64,000 nt of DNA from a virus (taxonomy: Duplodnaviria; Caudoviricetes), in IMG/VR virus record IMGVR_UViG_3300043105_000117, positions 15,418-79,417 of that record. One strand, written 5' to 3'. Made by a program: the position numbers and the translations under genes. This document shows positions 1 to 9,116 of the stretch, in pieces (position 1 is the first letter of the stretch; every line of letters begins with the position of its first letter). Below the pieces are notes generated by a model. It ran no database searches. It saw only the letters and a program-made list of their open reading frames with translations, and was not told the origin of the DNA.

Positions 1-16
1 TTCTAAATAAAACAAT

Positions 17-466
17 ATGGTAAACTTAAAACAATGGTTTGAAGTTGGCATCCGTTATGAGAAACTCATGGATAACGGAATGCAGAAAAAGGTAACTGAG
101 AATTACCTTATAGACAGTCTCTCTTTTACGGAGAGTGAAAGTCGTGCAATCGAAGAACTGACCAAATATATCAGCGGTGAGTTTGAGGTTAAGACAATGA
201 AAAAATCCAATATCTCGGAGATTTTCACATCCGGTGAAGAAAAGGATGATATGTATTTCAGAGCAAAAATCGGTTTCATTACACTCGATGAGAAGTCCGG
301 AGCAGAGAAGCGTGCAGTCACCAATGTATTGGTCCAAGCAGATAAGTTGGAGACAGCAGTTGAATATCTGAATGAGAAATGGCTAAAAAATAGTATGTCA
401 GACGGTGTAATCATCTCGGTTGCAGAATCCAATATCGTTGATATTTATCAATACGAGGTAAAATAG
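17..466 (+). CDS. DUF4494-like protein
   Basis: WFEVGIRYEK...KKVTENYLIDSLSFTESE pattern typical of the Bacteroidales DUF4494 family. Confidence 0.7.
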   Translation: MVNLKQWFEVGIRYEKLMDNGMQKKVTENYLIDSLSFTESESRAIEELTKYISGEFEVKTMKKSNISEIFTSGEEKDDMYFRAKIGFITLDEKSGAEKRAVTNVLVQADKLETAVEYLNEKWLKNSMSDGVIISVAESNIVDIYQYEVK

Positions 467-867
467 AACCAAACAACGTCGTGCGCGGTTACAGGTCTAT
501 CCGGGGTTATGCCAAAGGCACCGTGTCGATACCATAGTCGTGAAAAATTTGTCAGCATATAATATGTGTTAGTGCTAATGGTCCGCGAGGATAATTAGAC
601 GGGGTGGAACGGTGATACGGTCCACCTCTACAAAAAATTGTTATATACAATTTAATTTTGTCGTAACTAGATGTATATTTGTTCGTGAGAATAGATATTC
701 AGGGGAGCGGGAGTGATATCCTTCTCCCTGACAATCTGAATTGGGTAAGGAAGAGTAGCCCGCGAGGGTGAAACTTCCGAAGGGTTATTCCTACAAACTC
801 ATGGTATTAGATTAAAATTAGGTTAATTGGGAAGTTGCAGTGCGTGAGTATAGCAACTTTCAAATAT

Positions 868-958
868 GGGAGTAACGGTTGGGCAAGAAATGTTCTTTTC
901 CATTTCAATACTTTTTTATGTCTAGTCTTGCTCCGGAGGTTCGAGTCCTCTGCTCCCA
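868..958 (+). ncRNA. tRNA-like element 1 (acceptor + T-arm, no D-stem or anticodon)
   Basis: GGGAGTA/TGCTCCC 7-bp stem; GGAGG-TTCGAGT-CCTCT T-arm; middle is GGGCAAGA/TCTTGCTC stem with U-rich loop. Confidence 0.55.
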
Positions 959-1084
959 CAAGTACATTTATCATGTGTTTAGTTTAACGCAACAGTGCCA
1001 AGCGTGGTACGGATATTTTTATTTGTATTTAAGTTAATTGTTAGTGAACCGTCCGGTACGTGAGTATAGGACGTTTTTTTATCC

Positions 1085-1141
1085 GGGGAGAACGGTTGTT
1101 TTTTTATAGGTTTTTTGGGTGGTTCGATTCCACACTCCCCA
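1085..1141 (+). ncRNA. tRNA-like element 2
   Basis: GGGGAG/CTCCCC stem; GTGG-TTCGATT-CCAC T-arm; shares ACGGTTG after the 5' strand and CCCACA 3' end with element 1. Confidence 0.5.
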
Positions 1142-1158
1142 CAAACTAAAACAAAGAT

Positions 1159-1467
1159 ATGATGAAAAAGAAAGTCTATGTATCGCTCCCGATAACGGGA
1201 CATCCTATTAATGAGGTAATGAACGAAGCGTTGCGCATCAAGGAGTCACTGAGCGTAGATTACGATGTTATAACACCATTTGACATCAACAAGGATTTAA
1301 ATAAGCCATATTCGTACTATATTGGCGAAGATATGAAAGTACTGTTGGAGTGTGATTTGGTTTTCTTCGCACATGGATGGGCTAAATCACGAGGGTGTAG
1401 GCTTGAAAGCTATGCAGCGGTGATATACAAGAAAGAAATTATTTTTGAAGAATATACAAAATTATGA
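1159..1467 (+). CDS. DUF4406 / nucleoside 2-deoxyribosyltransferase-like protein
   Basis: KVYVSLPITG...LLECDLVFFAHGWAKSRGCRLE motif. Confidence 0.7.
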   Translation: MMKKKVYVSLPITGHPINEVMNEALRIKESLSVDYDVITPFDINKDLNKPYSYYIGEDMKVLLECDLVFFAHGWAKSRGCRLESYAAVIYKKEIIFEEYTKL

Positions 1468-1979
1468 AAGTAAAAATCGTAAAGCTAGATTCAAAAGCTG
1501 TCATTCCATATAAGACACATGACAGCGATTTTTGTTATGACGTGGTTGCTACATCATGTGAGCAGATTGCACCAAACGTGTACAGATACGGGACAGGATT
1601 GTCATTTCAGATAGAGAGAGGCCCAGAAACGGTCAATGAGAAGGTCGTTTACAAAAGCGGGAACACGTCTACAACGATATATTCCGTCATACCGTTTAAA
1701 GGTTCACCATTAAGGCTCTCCATCGACGCGCGTCCGCGTTCATCTGTATGGAAAACGGGCATGGTTCTGGCCAATTGCGAGGGTACGATAGATGAGGACT
1801 ACACCGGAGAAGTATCGGCTGTATTCTACCATGTGCTCCCTGATATGCCTAAATACGAGGTTGGTGACAGAATTTGTCAGATAAAGATTGGAATTACAAC
1901 ACCGATAGACTTTGAAGAGGTTGATGAACTGGAATCCACAGAGAGAGGAAGCGGTCGAGAAGGTTCAACCGGTAAGTGA
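1464..1979 (+). CDS. dut: dUTPase (trimeric type)
   Basis: Motifs RPRSS, GTIDEDYTGE, GDRICQ and C-terminal RGSGREGSTG. Confidence 0.9.
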   Translation: MKVKIVKLDSKAVIPYKTHDSDFCYDVVATSCEQIAPNVYRYGTGLSFQIERGPETVNEKVVYKSGNTSTTIYSVIPFKGSPLRLSIDARPRSSVWKTGMVLANCEGTIDEDYTGEVSAVFYHVLPDMPKYEVGDRICQIKIGITTPIDFEEVDELESTERGSGREGSTGK

Positions 1980-2047
1980 TGTGTATAGTCGGCCCATTGA
2001 ATAATCCGTTGATTAACGAAATTATGTTTTATAACATATAAATTCTC

Positions 2048-2078
2048 TTTGATATTTAAGTTAAGGAATGTACTTTTG
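2048..2078 (+). promoter_or_regulatory. Bacteroidales-type sigma-A promoter
   Basis: TTTG (2048-51), N19, TACTTTTG (2071-78); ATG at 2083. Confidence 0.7.
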
Positions 2079-2082
2079 TGCT

Positions 2083-2322
2083 ATGATAATAAAAGATATG
2101 ATAAGGGATATTAAATCTACGATACGGTACAAACGCGCATTGAAAGAGTATGCGAGATTTAAGGTAGAAAAGGCTGGAGGCAGCTTGTATCTTACTTATA
2201 GGGGTGTTGCCTTTATGGAGTTGGATGGCAGTCAGACCTCCGAAGATATATCGGCATTGCTCGATGACGCGAGAATTACATCAATGAAATTTGTGATATC
2301 TAAACATAATGAAAGAGTGTAG
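2083..2322 (+). CDS. hypothetical protein
   Basis: ORF directly after promoter; start trimmed to ATG 2083. Confidence 0.65.
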   Translation: MIIKDMIRDIKSTIRYKRALKEYARFKVEKAGGSLYLTYRGVAFMELDGSQTSEDISALLDDARITSMKFVISKHNERV

Positions 2323-2686
2323 GAAATGCGGGGCGGTGCTGGCAGAAACAGAGTTCTATGAAGGTCGGAGGGAATGTAAAGAATGTACCAAGAAAAGAGT
2401 GTATCAGAAAAAGGGAGTTACCTATAATCATGAAAAGCAAAGGCTGATGAAAGGTAAGGCCTATTATTGGAATCCACAGTCAATCTCTGACTTGAAAAGA
2501 TATTACCCGGATACCAAGAATGACGAATTGACCGGCATGTTTGGTGTTTCAAAGCGGACACTGGTACGGATGGCGAGAAAGCTAGGAATCGAAAAAGACA
2601 AGGATTTCATGCTGCAATGCCAAAAGGAAAGCAGTTTGTTTGCTGCGGTAAAAAGGCGAGAAGTAAACAGGAATAAAAACAATTAA
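2309..2686 (+). CDS. Zn-finger plus putative HTH protein
   Basis: CRKC...CKEC; C-terminal KNDELTGMFGVSKRTLVRMARKLG helix pattern. Confidence 0.55.
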   Translation: MKECRKCGAVLAETEFYEGRRECKECTKKRVYQKKGVTYNHEKQRLMKGKAYYWNPQSISDLKRYYPDTKNDELTGMFGVSKRTLVRMARKLGIEKDKDFMLQCQKESSLFAAVKRREVNRNKNN

Positions 2687-2697
2687 ATTCAACAACA

Positions 2698-3096
2698 ATG
2701 CAAGGAAGTTCGGAAGCGAACACACGAAACAATATCGTATTCATTCTTACCGATATTGTGGAGACTAATTTAATGGATTTGCTGCATTTTATGCGCAAGG
2801 AAGGATGCGTAATGAAGCATGAGGCAAAGAGAGACTTTAATACAGCAATCGCGGCAATAAAGAGGCTCAAACACCACGTAGATAAATGTTCTGCGGAAAC
2901 ACAAGGTGACTTTGGAGACGAATCCGACATGCTGAATGCTGTACTCTTGACAATCGTCGACCGAGTAGGAGACGATGATATGTTGCTACTGGATATATAC
3001 AATTATCTGAAAGCCATGCCATCCAAGGGCATCCTTACTATGAATGTCGATGACGCTTTCAGTCATTTACAGAAGGATGAGAATCAGCAAGTTTGA
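2698..3096 (+). CDS. hypothetical protein
   Basis: ORF in tightly packed operon. Confidence 0.65.
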   Translation: MQGSSEANTRNNIVFILTDIVETNLMDLLHFMRKEGCVMKHEAKRDFNTAIAAIKRLKHHVDKCSAETQGDFGDESDMLNAVLLTIVDRVGDDDMLLLDIYNYLKAMPSKGILTMNVDDAFSHLQKDENQQV

Positions 3097-3208
3097 GAGA
3101 TTAGACGAAAGATTAAGAGAGAGTAACAAAAGGCTTATCAAGGGACTAGTGATATCCTTGATATTGCTTATTCTATCAATAGTTTATTTTATAAAAGAAA
3201 TCGCATGA
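3077..3208 (+). CDS. small membrane protein (43 aa)
   Basis: Manual translation; hydrophobic LVISLILLILSIVYFI; ATGA overlap with next gene. Confidence 0.45.
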   Translation: MRISKFERLDERLRESNKRLIKGLVISLILLILSIVYFIKEIA

Positions 3209-3360
3209 AAGACCGTATGATTTGTTGCATGAACTGCAAAGAATATATCGAAGATAAGAATTACCCCGGCACCGGTTGGTGCAAACACAAGATTGGTGTG
3301 AGACTTAACGAAGATTGCCCATGTAAAAAGTTCGTGTACAAGTATGCAAAGAAAAATTGA
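3205..3360 (+). CDS. small Cys-rich protein (51 aa)
   Basis: Manual translation: CCMNC...GWCKH...CPCKKF. Confidence 0.5.
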   Translation: MKDRMICCMNCKEYIEDKNYPGTGWCKHKIGVRLNEDCPCKKFVYKYAKKN

Positions 3361-3532
3361 TTTATTGGAGAACGGAGATTGCTCTAAATGTGAGCCACAA
3401 GGCCGTATTTATCCGATTAGAGTAAGTCCTACAACAGTATTCATGGTCACTAAAGACAAGAATACTCCCGAATACGCTGCAAAGCTACGTGAGAAATACA
3501 ACCAAATGAAATTCACAAAATCAGATGTATAA
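3344..3532 (+). CDS. hypothetical protein
   Basis: ORF overlapping both neighbours. Confidence 0.55.
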   Translation: MQRKIDLLENGDCSKCEPQGRIYPIRVSPTTVFMVTKDKNTPEYAAKLREKYNQMKFTKSDV

Positions 3533-3755
3533 GTTATTCGTTATTCTATTATGGTGTGATATAATATTCTTAGTCGAGATTGCATTGGAGTTTCTGCTCC
3601 GGTGCAATTCTCGCAAAGCCTTTAATGCAATAAATTGGGCAGATTTCAAGCGAAGAATCCCAAAGAAAGTCAAAATGCAGACTGTAAGAGATTTGAAAAT
3701 CTGTCTGATTGTTGCTATTCTGCTCGAAATACTGATAGTGATTTTTAAAGCATAG
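3525..3755 (+). CDS. putative 2-TM membrane protein
   Basis: Two hydrophobic segments. Confidence 0.55.
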   Translation: MYKLFVILLWCDIIFLVEIALEFLLRCNSRKAFNAINWADFKRRIPKKVKMQTVRDLKICLIVAILLEILIVIFKA

Positions 3756-3759
3756 AGAT

Positions 3760-4293
3760 ATGGAAGAACTAACCGATTATACAAAATTCCTGCTTTGCGA
3801 TATGTTGGCAAAGGATGAGTTGACCGTCCATGATAGATACGTACAACTGTTCTCTGCCAATGATATAGACAAGGCATATAGGGATGCAAGACGCACGACA
3901 ATTCACGATGCGAGAGTTGAACTTCCGGAATACGGAAAGGTTGTGTTGGTATGTGATTCCGACTGCAATATTGGAATAGCATTCCGCAAAGACCAAGAAT
4001 CTTGGGATAGTCCGAGCCGCGTGAATATTGACAATCTGGTCATGTGGTGTGATTTGGCAGGGACTGCATTGAGCGAGTGGCTAAAGGCAATGATTGGAAG
4101 CATGAGAAAGAAGAGTCGAAACAGTCAGGCAGCAAACGTTGATGCGGATTTCAGGGTTGGTGATTACGTGCACCACATAACATCTGACGGGAGTGAAGTA
4201 TCGGGCATCATATTTATGCTTGAACCAGGATGCGCGCACATCACAACCGGATACGGCCCGCTCAAAATCGAATTAGCACAATTAACTCACTGA
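3760..4293 (+). CDS. hypothetical protein
   Basis: 177-aa ORF in operon. Confidence 0.65.
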   Translation: MEELTDYTKFLLCDMLAKDELTVHDRYVQLFSANDIDKAYRDARRTTIHDARVELPEYGKVVLVCDSDCNIGIAFRKDQESWDSPSRVNIDNLVMWCDLAGTALSEWLKAMIGSMRKKSRNSQAANVDADFRVGDYVHHITSDGSEVSGIIFMLEPGCAHITTGYGPLKIELAQLTH

Positions 4294-4318
4294 TAACGAA
4301 TCAACATAAAATAAGAAT

Positions 4319-4546
4319 ATGACACTCACACTAAAGGACGACCACGCGCCACAATTACTCATCGACGGGTGCGTGGTCACAGACAGAACAGAACTCACGA
4401 CCATAGCCCTTCTGATGATGGGCAAGGTTGTAACAGGTGATATACGAATGTTCATCTCAGAGATGGCACGAGTTTACGGAACGATAATAAAGACAACCCA
4501 TTGTGAGTGCGGGGCACCCATAATGACATACGAGATAAAGTTATGA
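4319..4546 (+). CDS. hypothetical protein
   Basis: ORF with ATGA overlap to next gene. Confidence 0.6.
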   Translation: MTLTLKDDHAPQLLIDGCVVTDRTELTTIALLMMGKVVTGDIRMFISEMARVYGTIIKTTHCECGAPIMTYEIKL

Positions 4547-5487
4547 TACTTGGATTACTTACAGCTGGATTGGCGGTTTGCACCGTCGGCTTGGCGATAG
4601 AGCTGGCTAACTACCACACACTTGTTAGAGGGCTTAGGAATACGGTGAAGGACTTGGAGGGAGCTTGCAACCATAAAGATTACACCATTGAAGACTTGAA
4701 AAACCTTCTTGAAACCGAGAAAGAGGCTTCCAAGACCAACAATGACTTGCTGAATATGAGGTGCGAGGAAGTCGAAGAGCTGAAAAAAGATTGTAATAAG
4801 GAACATCTCCGGCTACTTGAGACCTCGAATGAGCTTAGCGAGATGAAGCGTACACGATGCAAAGTGCTGGCAGATATAAGCGATGTTGAATCAAAAAATA
4901 GAGAACTTATGGAAAAGATAGATAACCTCGAAAAGGATAATGGTAGCGTTCGCGAGTTATTATCAGCTGAAGAGGTACTAAGTAAAGGCTTGAAGGCAAA
5001 GATTGATGAGCTTTATAAGAAAATTGAAGAAATGGATGCCAATAGGCTCGTTCAGATAGATATTATTGAAGCGAAAGATAAACGCATTGAAGAGCTGAAT
5101 GACTCTCTAAAATTCGAGGTAGAAAGGGTAAGTTCATTAACCAATGAAATCAAAAGTCTCCGAGCTAATACCAAATTGGATGAGGAATTATGCGAAGAGA
5201 ACAAGAAATTATCGAAGAAACTTGAAGAAGCAGAACATAAAGCTATGGTATCGAGCGAGGTATCGAACGCACAAAGCAGAAAACTCAGTGAATTGAGTAA
5301 AGTGATTGGGAATGAAAATCCCACACAATTCGGAATTGTGCGAAATGGCGTTCATGATTACTGTGTGTATGCTTATTTCAAAAAAGTAAAGGCGCCTGTG
5401 CTTATCAAGACCTTTGCAACAGAAGATAAGGACTACAATCTTGGTTTGGCTGAGGAACTTAAAGAGAAGTTGGAGGAGAAGATATGA
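4543..5487 (+). CDS. N-terminally anchored coiled-coil protein
   Basis: Hydrophobic N-terminus followed by long E/K/L heptad-rich region. Confidence 0.65.
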   Translation: MILGLLTAGLAVCTVGLAIELANYHTLVRGLRNTVKDLEGACNHKDYTIEDLKNLLETEKEASKTNNDLLNMRCEEVEELKKDCNKEHLRLLETSNELSEMKRTRCKVLADISDVESKNRELMEKIDNLEKDNGSVRELLSAEEVLSKGLKAKIDELYKKIEEMDANRLVQIDIIEAKDKRIEELNDSLKFEVERVSSLTNEIKSLRANTKLDEELCEENKKLSKKLEEAEHKAMVSSEVSNAQSRKLSELSKVIGNENPTQFGIVRNGVHDYCVYAYFKKVKAPVLIKTFATEDKDYNLGLAEELKEKLEEKI

Positions 5488-5720
5488 AGTTTTACCTAAG
5501 CATAATCGCAAGACGTCAGCCATTGAAGAATGTGCATGATATGCTGCGAGAGAAGGGATTTGAGATTTGGGATGCAAGCGAGGATGAGTACGACTTCGAT
5601 AGCTTCTGTATAAGAATCAACTCCATTGAAGATTTTGAGTTAATAAAGAACACATTGGATAGTCCGTTACATATTCATTATGAAGATGAGAACACTATCC
5701 AAGTTGAAAAAGAATTTTGA
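5484..5720 (+). CDS. hypothetical protein
   Basis: ORF, ATGA overlap, GGAGG upstream. Confidence 0.6.
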   Translation: MKFYLSIIARRQPLKNVHDMLREKGFEIWDASEDEYDFDSFCIRINSIEDFELIKNTLDSPLHIHYEDENTIQVEKEF

Positions 5721-5721
5721 T

Positions 5722-6024
5722 ATGCAAGCAGATAGAAATAAATTAAGAGATATGGTTGCGGACTTTCGCACAAAGACAGTAGGCGAAAGTAAAGCCTTCA
5801 TTGATGGTTGGAACTGTGCTGATGAAAATCCCGATTGGAGGAATGTTCGTGATGAAATGCCGGAAGAGGCAGGCTACGTACTGACATTCAATGCTGACGG
5901 AAATTTTATTGTCGGCTACTATATGGCAGATAAGAAAGTATGGATGGTAGCAAACCGCAACGAGGTTATTCCTAACGTTAGTTTATGGATGCCTATACCG
6001 AAGTTGTCAAAATCAGTTTGTTAG
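5722..6024 (+). CDS. DUF551-like protein
   Basis: W..V.DEMPE...VLT...VSLWMPIP signature. Confidence 0.6.
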   Translation: MQADRNKLRDMVADFRTKTVGESKAFIDGWNCADENPDWRNVRDEMPEEAGYVLTFNADGNFIVGYYMADKKVWMVANRNEVIPNVSLWMPIPKLSKSVC

Positions 6025-6026
6025 CT

Positions 6027-6359
6027 ATGACACAATCCGACCACACTAATCGGTACTACATCAATCGAATAGACAACAAGTACGCAGACAAAGCCGAATG
6101 TACATTGTATTCGGTTGCAAGACGTTCAAAGAATTGGATGGGAACGCACTACTACGAAACCACTCTCTACTACGATGAGCAGTGCACAAAAGTAGCCTAC
6201 GAGATAAGTCGCAGCTGCTCCCGACCAATGAAAGACGGAATATTCCGGATTGTGAACTTCATAAAGACTTTTAAAAAGTACGTTCATGTCGTCTGTATTG
6301 ACAACGGAGTAAGACGAGAGGGAACGGCAGGAGTTAAATATAAATACAATTACAAGTAA
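6027..6359 (+). CDS. hypothetical protein
   Basis: ORF in operon. Confidence 0.55.
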   Translation: MTQSDHTNRYYINRIDNKYADKAECTLYSVARRSKNWMGTHYYETTLYYDEQCTKVAYEISRSCSRPMKDGIFRIVNFIKTFKKYVHVVCIDNGVRREGTAGVKYKYNYK

Positions 6360-6667
6360 TGAGCAGATATTATTGGACTAAGATTAGCAAGGAGCCGAAG
6401 AAGTATGATGACTACCTTGTTACGTTAAAGAGCGGTGCTGTTGATTCAGCACACTTTAATGGCAAGTGGCATAATAGCAGATATTGGGAAGCCGACCCAT
6501 CGTACTTTACATATTGGCGACACTACCCGAATGAGCCGAAGAGTGCGATGAAAAGAATACGAGATATTGTTGAATGGATTTTAACGCCATTTGGAGTAGT
6601 GGTAATTTCGATAATGATTGCTGTATTCCTTATGTGGGATATATTGAAAAACGGAAATAAATATTGA
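6359..6667 (+). CDS. DUF551-like protein with C-terminal TM segment
   Basis: WTKISKEP...YLVT...TYWRHYP; hydrophobic tail. Confidence 0.55.
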   Translation: MSRYYWTKISKEPKKYDDYLVTLKSGAVDSAHFNGKWHNSRYWEADPSYFTYWRHYPNEPKSAMKRIRDIVEWILTPFGVVVISIMIAVFLMWDILKNGNKY

Positions 6668-7119
6668 TTATGGACTACGAAAAAGAGAAATACAGACGAT
6701 TCTTCGAGAGTATTCCCGAAAATAAGCGAGAGGAGATTGGCGACAAGATAGCCAAGTTGATGAGCGGTGAAGCTAATGCTCCTTCCGAAAGCACCGGGAA
6801 AGGAGGAAAGCAAATGAAAAGATTTAAATTCCCACACATAATACACCTTGTACTGAAAGGCAAGTGGTATGATATGATTAAGTCCGGTGAGAAGAAGGAG
6901 GAATACCGAGAAATCACCGACTATTGGAAGAGGCGACTTGAGGGAGAAAGCGTGTACAATGTTATATTTCATCGAGGCTATACCAACAAGGAGACAATGG
7001 CTTTTGGTGTACTTAGAATCACGAAGGGTAAAGGGCGACCAGAGTGGGGAGCCAAACCCGATAAAGACTATTATGTAATTGAACTTTTAGGAAGAGTTGA
7101 TAAGGAGGAAACCAAATGA
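6664..7119 (+). CDS. ASCH-domain protein (possibly two fused genes)
   Basis: HLVLKGKWYDMIKSGEKKEEYRE...FHRGY ASCH motif after an internal ATG at 6814. Confidence 0.7.
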   Translation: MIMDYEKEKYRRFFESIPENKREEIGDKIAKLMSGEANAPSESTGKGGKQMKRFKFPHIIHLVLKGKWYDMIKSGEKKEEYREITDYWKRRLEGESVYNVIFHRGYTNKETMAFGVLRITKGKGRPEWGAKPDKDYYVIELLGRVDKEETK

Positions 7120-7811
7120 CACTTGACGAAGCAATAAGACATTGCGAAGAGAAAGCAAGTCAAATGTGTAACAACGAATGTGGCTTGGAGCATAAACAAT
7201 TAGCTGAATGGTTGGACGAACTGAAAAAATTTCGCAGAAGGGCTGAAATTGAGCGACCAAATTGGGTAAATTGTTTTGCCGAGCTTCCACCGGAAAACAG
7301 AAGGGTTGTTGTTACGAATGAGAAAGGGGCTTATTTCTTGGCATATAGACAGGGTGAAGGATTCTTTAATTATAGGACAGGTGAAAAAATCAAAAAACCT
7401 CACAGTTGGATGAGAATTGACGATAATCCAATATCAAATGAAGAGGACGCTTTTATATATTCACTTGAACGGAGTTATAATGACCCTGCCCCGGAAACAG
7501 AAACGGAAATTTGGAACAAGTCTTCAAGAGGAGAATGTGTAAAATGTAAATATAGAAACACCCATATATGCCTTAATTACTGCGCAAGAAATGGATGGAT
7601 ACTTACAGATGAAGCACTTCCATCGGATGGTGAAATAGTTGAAGTTAGGACACGTGATTGTAGACGCTTTTTGGCCGTTTTCGATGCTTATGGAAGAGAT
7701 TGGATTAGATATAATGAGCGGGAATATAAAGGGGGTAAAAGTATATGCTTATACGATGTAGTATGTTGGCGGCACCGTCAATATAAGAGAGTTTATGACA
7801 CATGGGAATGA
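7116..7811 (+). CDS. multi-module phage protein (DUF551-like repeats)
   Basis: WVNCFAELPP and WILTDEALPS repeats. Confidence 0.55.
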   Translation: MTLDEAIRHCEEKASQMCNNECGLEHKQLAEWLDELKKFRRRAEIERPNWVNCFAELPPENRRVVVTNEKGAYFLAYRQGEGFFNYRTGEKIKKPHSWMRIDDNPISNEEDAFIYSLERSYNDPAPETETEIWNKSSRGECVKCKYRNTHICLNYCARNGWILTDEALPSDGEIVEVRTRDCRRFLAVFDAYGRDWIRYNEREYKGGKSICLYDVVCWRHRQYKRVYDTWE

Positions 7812-8137
7812 TACAGATAGCAACAACAATAGAGCAGTACGGAAGATTGAAACGCATACTTCCGAAAGAAACTGCGGATATGTCTATATGGCAAGATAGA
7901 AACAGAGTTCTTCATTACGATGTAATGGAGTCCAATCGTTGCCATTATCCTGCGTGGAGCCTATCAGCCTTACTGTCGTTCATACCGCAACCTACATTAC
8001 AGCAGATTGGCCGTGAGTGGGTTTGCACTTCGGCAGTTGAGTTTACTAAAGGGAGCGGAGATACACCATTTGATGCGTGTGTTTTGGTGATAGAGGAATT
8101 ATATGTTTATGGATATTTTGGAGAGGAAAACAAATGA
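7802..8137 (+). CDS. hypothetical protein (PAWSL motif family)
   Basis: PAWSLSALLSFIP; paralogous motif in 12661..13104. Confidence 0.6.
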   Translation: MGMIQIATTIEQYGRLKRILPKETADMSIWQDRNRVLHYDVMESNRCHYPAWSLSALLSFIPQPTLQQIGREWVCTSAVEFTKGSGDTPFDACVLVIEELYVYGYFGEENK

Positions 8138-8460
8138 TAGACGAATTAGATAAAGCAATACACTGCTACGAAGGTGGTTCACCTTACGCATCATGTGGCA
8201 GAGAGTTTAAGCAGATGGCCGAGTGGCTGAAAGAGCTGAAAAGGCTGAAAGAAGCGGAGGTAGCGGAGGTTTGGGTAGCGAGAGATGAAACAGATGATTT
8301 CAGTCGCGGATTATACCTCTACGCGACAGAGCCGACGCGCTATAAGCATTTATTCAAAGGTAGTTTGTTTAACTTGATTAGGCTTCCTAAAGAATTATTC
8401 CCTTCCCTCACCTTTGAGAACAACCCACAAAAAGTTGAACTTAGATTGATTGGAAAATGA
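8134..8460 (+). CDS. hypothetical protein (WxAR...P family, copy 1)
   Basis: VWVARDE...LPKELFPSLTFENNPQKV. Confidence 0.6.
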   Translation: MIDELDKAIHCYEGGSPYASCGREFKQMAEWLKELKRLKEAEVAEVWVARDETDDFSRGLYLYATEPTRYKHLFKGSLFNLIRLPKELFPSLTFENNPQKVELRLIGK

Positions 8461-8792
8461 AAGAACTTGAAGTAATGGAACACAAAAGACTTGCGTACTT
8501 CGGATGCATCAATAAAGCGAAGTACGAATTTAAAGAGATCTTTGGAACTTTTTCAGATGAAGAGAAAAAGCTAATTGCCCGTGTAATAAAGCGTCCAAGT
8601 ACCCGAGATTATGTGTTTTTTGGTGATAGAAGAATGACAAAAGAAGATTTCGTATTCTATTTTAGCAAAAAATCAAGTCGTTTCAAAAATGGCATATCAG
8701 CATTGATAGCTGATGCGAGAATGGTATGGTTTGACCGCGATTTTGAGAAAGTAATAAAAGAAAATCCTATAATCCGAGAAAATTTTGATTGA
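8457..8792 (+). CDS. hypothetical protein
   Basis: ORF, ATGA overlap. Confidence 0.6.
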   Translation: MKELEVMEHKRLAYFGCINKAKYEFKEIFGTFSDEEKKLIARVIKRPSTRDYVFFGDRRMTKEDFVFYFSKKSSRFKNGISALIADARMVWFDRDFEKVIKENPIIRENFD

Positions 8793-8798
8793 GCAGTT

Positions 8799-9116
8799 AT
8801 GAAAGAGTTAGAAGTAAAAGCAATGTTAGCCGACCCGAACATCCCCGACAGTTATAAGTTGGGTGGTCGGCTTGATGAGAGATTCTTGGCAGGCGTTGAG
8901 TATGCCGAGGCAGCGATAGAGAAGGCACCGGCTATGTGGATAGCGAGAGATAAAGGTGGAACGACGAGCTTCTTTTCTAAGAAACCATCTTATAACGAGA
9001 ACTACAATTGGTTCATGCCGATGAATTTTGAGACAATAGGCGAAACGTGGCTTCCCGAAGTGACTTGGGGGAACAGCCCACGCAAGGTTAGATTAATTTT
9101 GGAGGACGAAGAATGA
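8799..9116 (+). CDS. hypothetical protein (WxAR...P family, copy 2)
   Basis: MWIARDKGG...LPEVTWGNSPRKV. Confidence 0.6.
   Translation: MKELEVKAMLADPNIPDSYKLGGRLDERFLAGVEYAEAAIEKAPAMWIARDKGGTTSFFSKKPSYNENYNWFMPMNFETIGETWLPEVTWGNSPRKVRLILEDEE

Larger units (their letters stand above)
467..1158 (+). other. Highly structured intergenic region (stacked hairpins with AT-rich linkers)
   Basis: At least 8 inverted repeats; recurrent C-GTGA-G/C-GCGA-G and GTGATA loops; no + strand ORF of 60 aa or more. Confidence 0.7.

Noticed and set aside
745-790. Hammerhead ribozyme (GAAA next to stems)
   Set aside because: The CUGANGA core is absent.
868-1141. Functional tRNA or tmRNA genes
   Set aside because: No D-stem, anticodon loop or CCA end; no G3.U70 pair or tag ORF.
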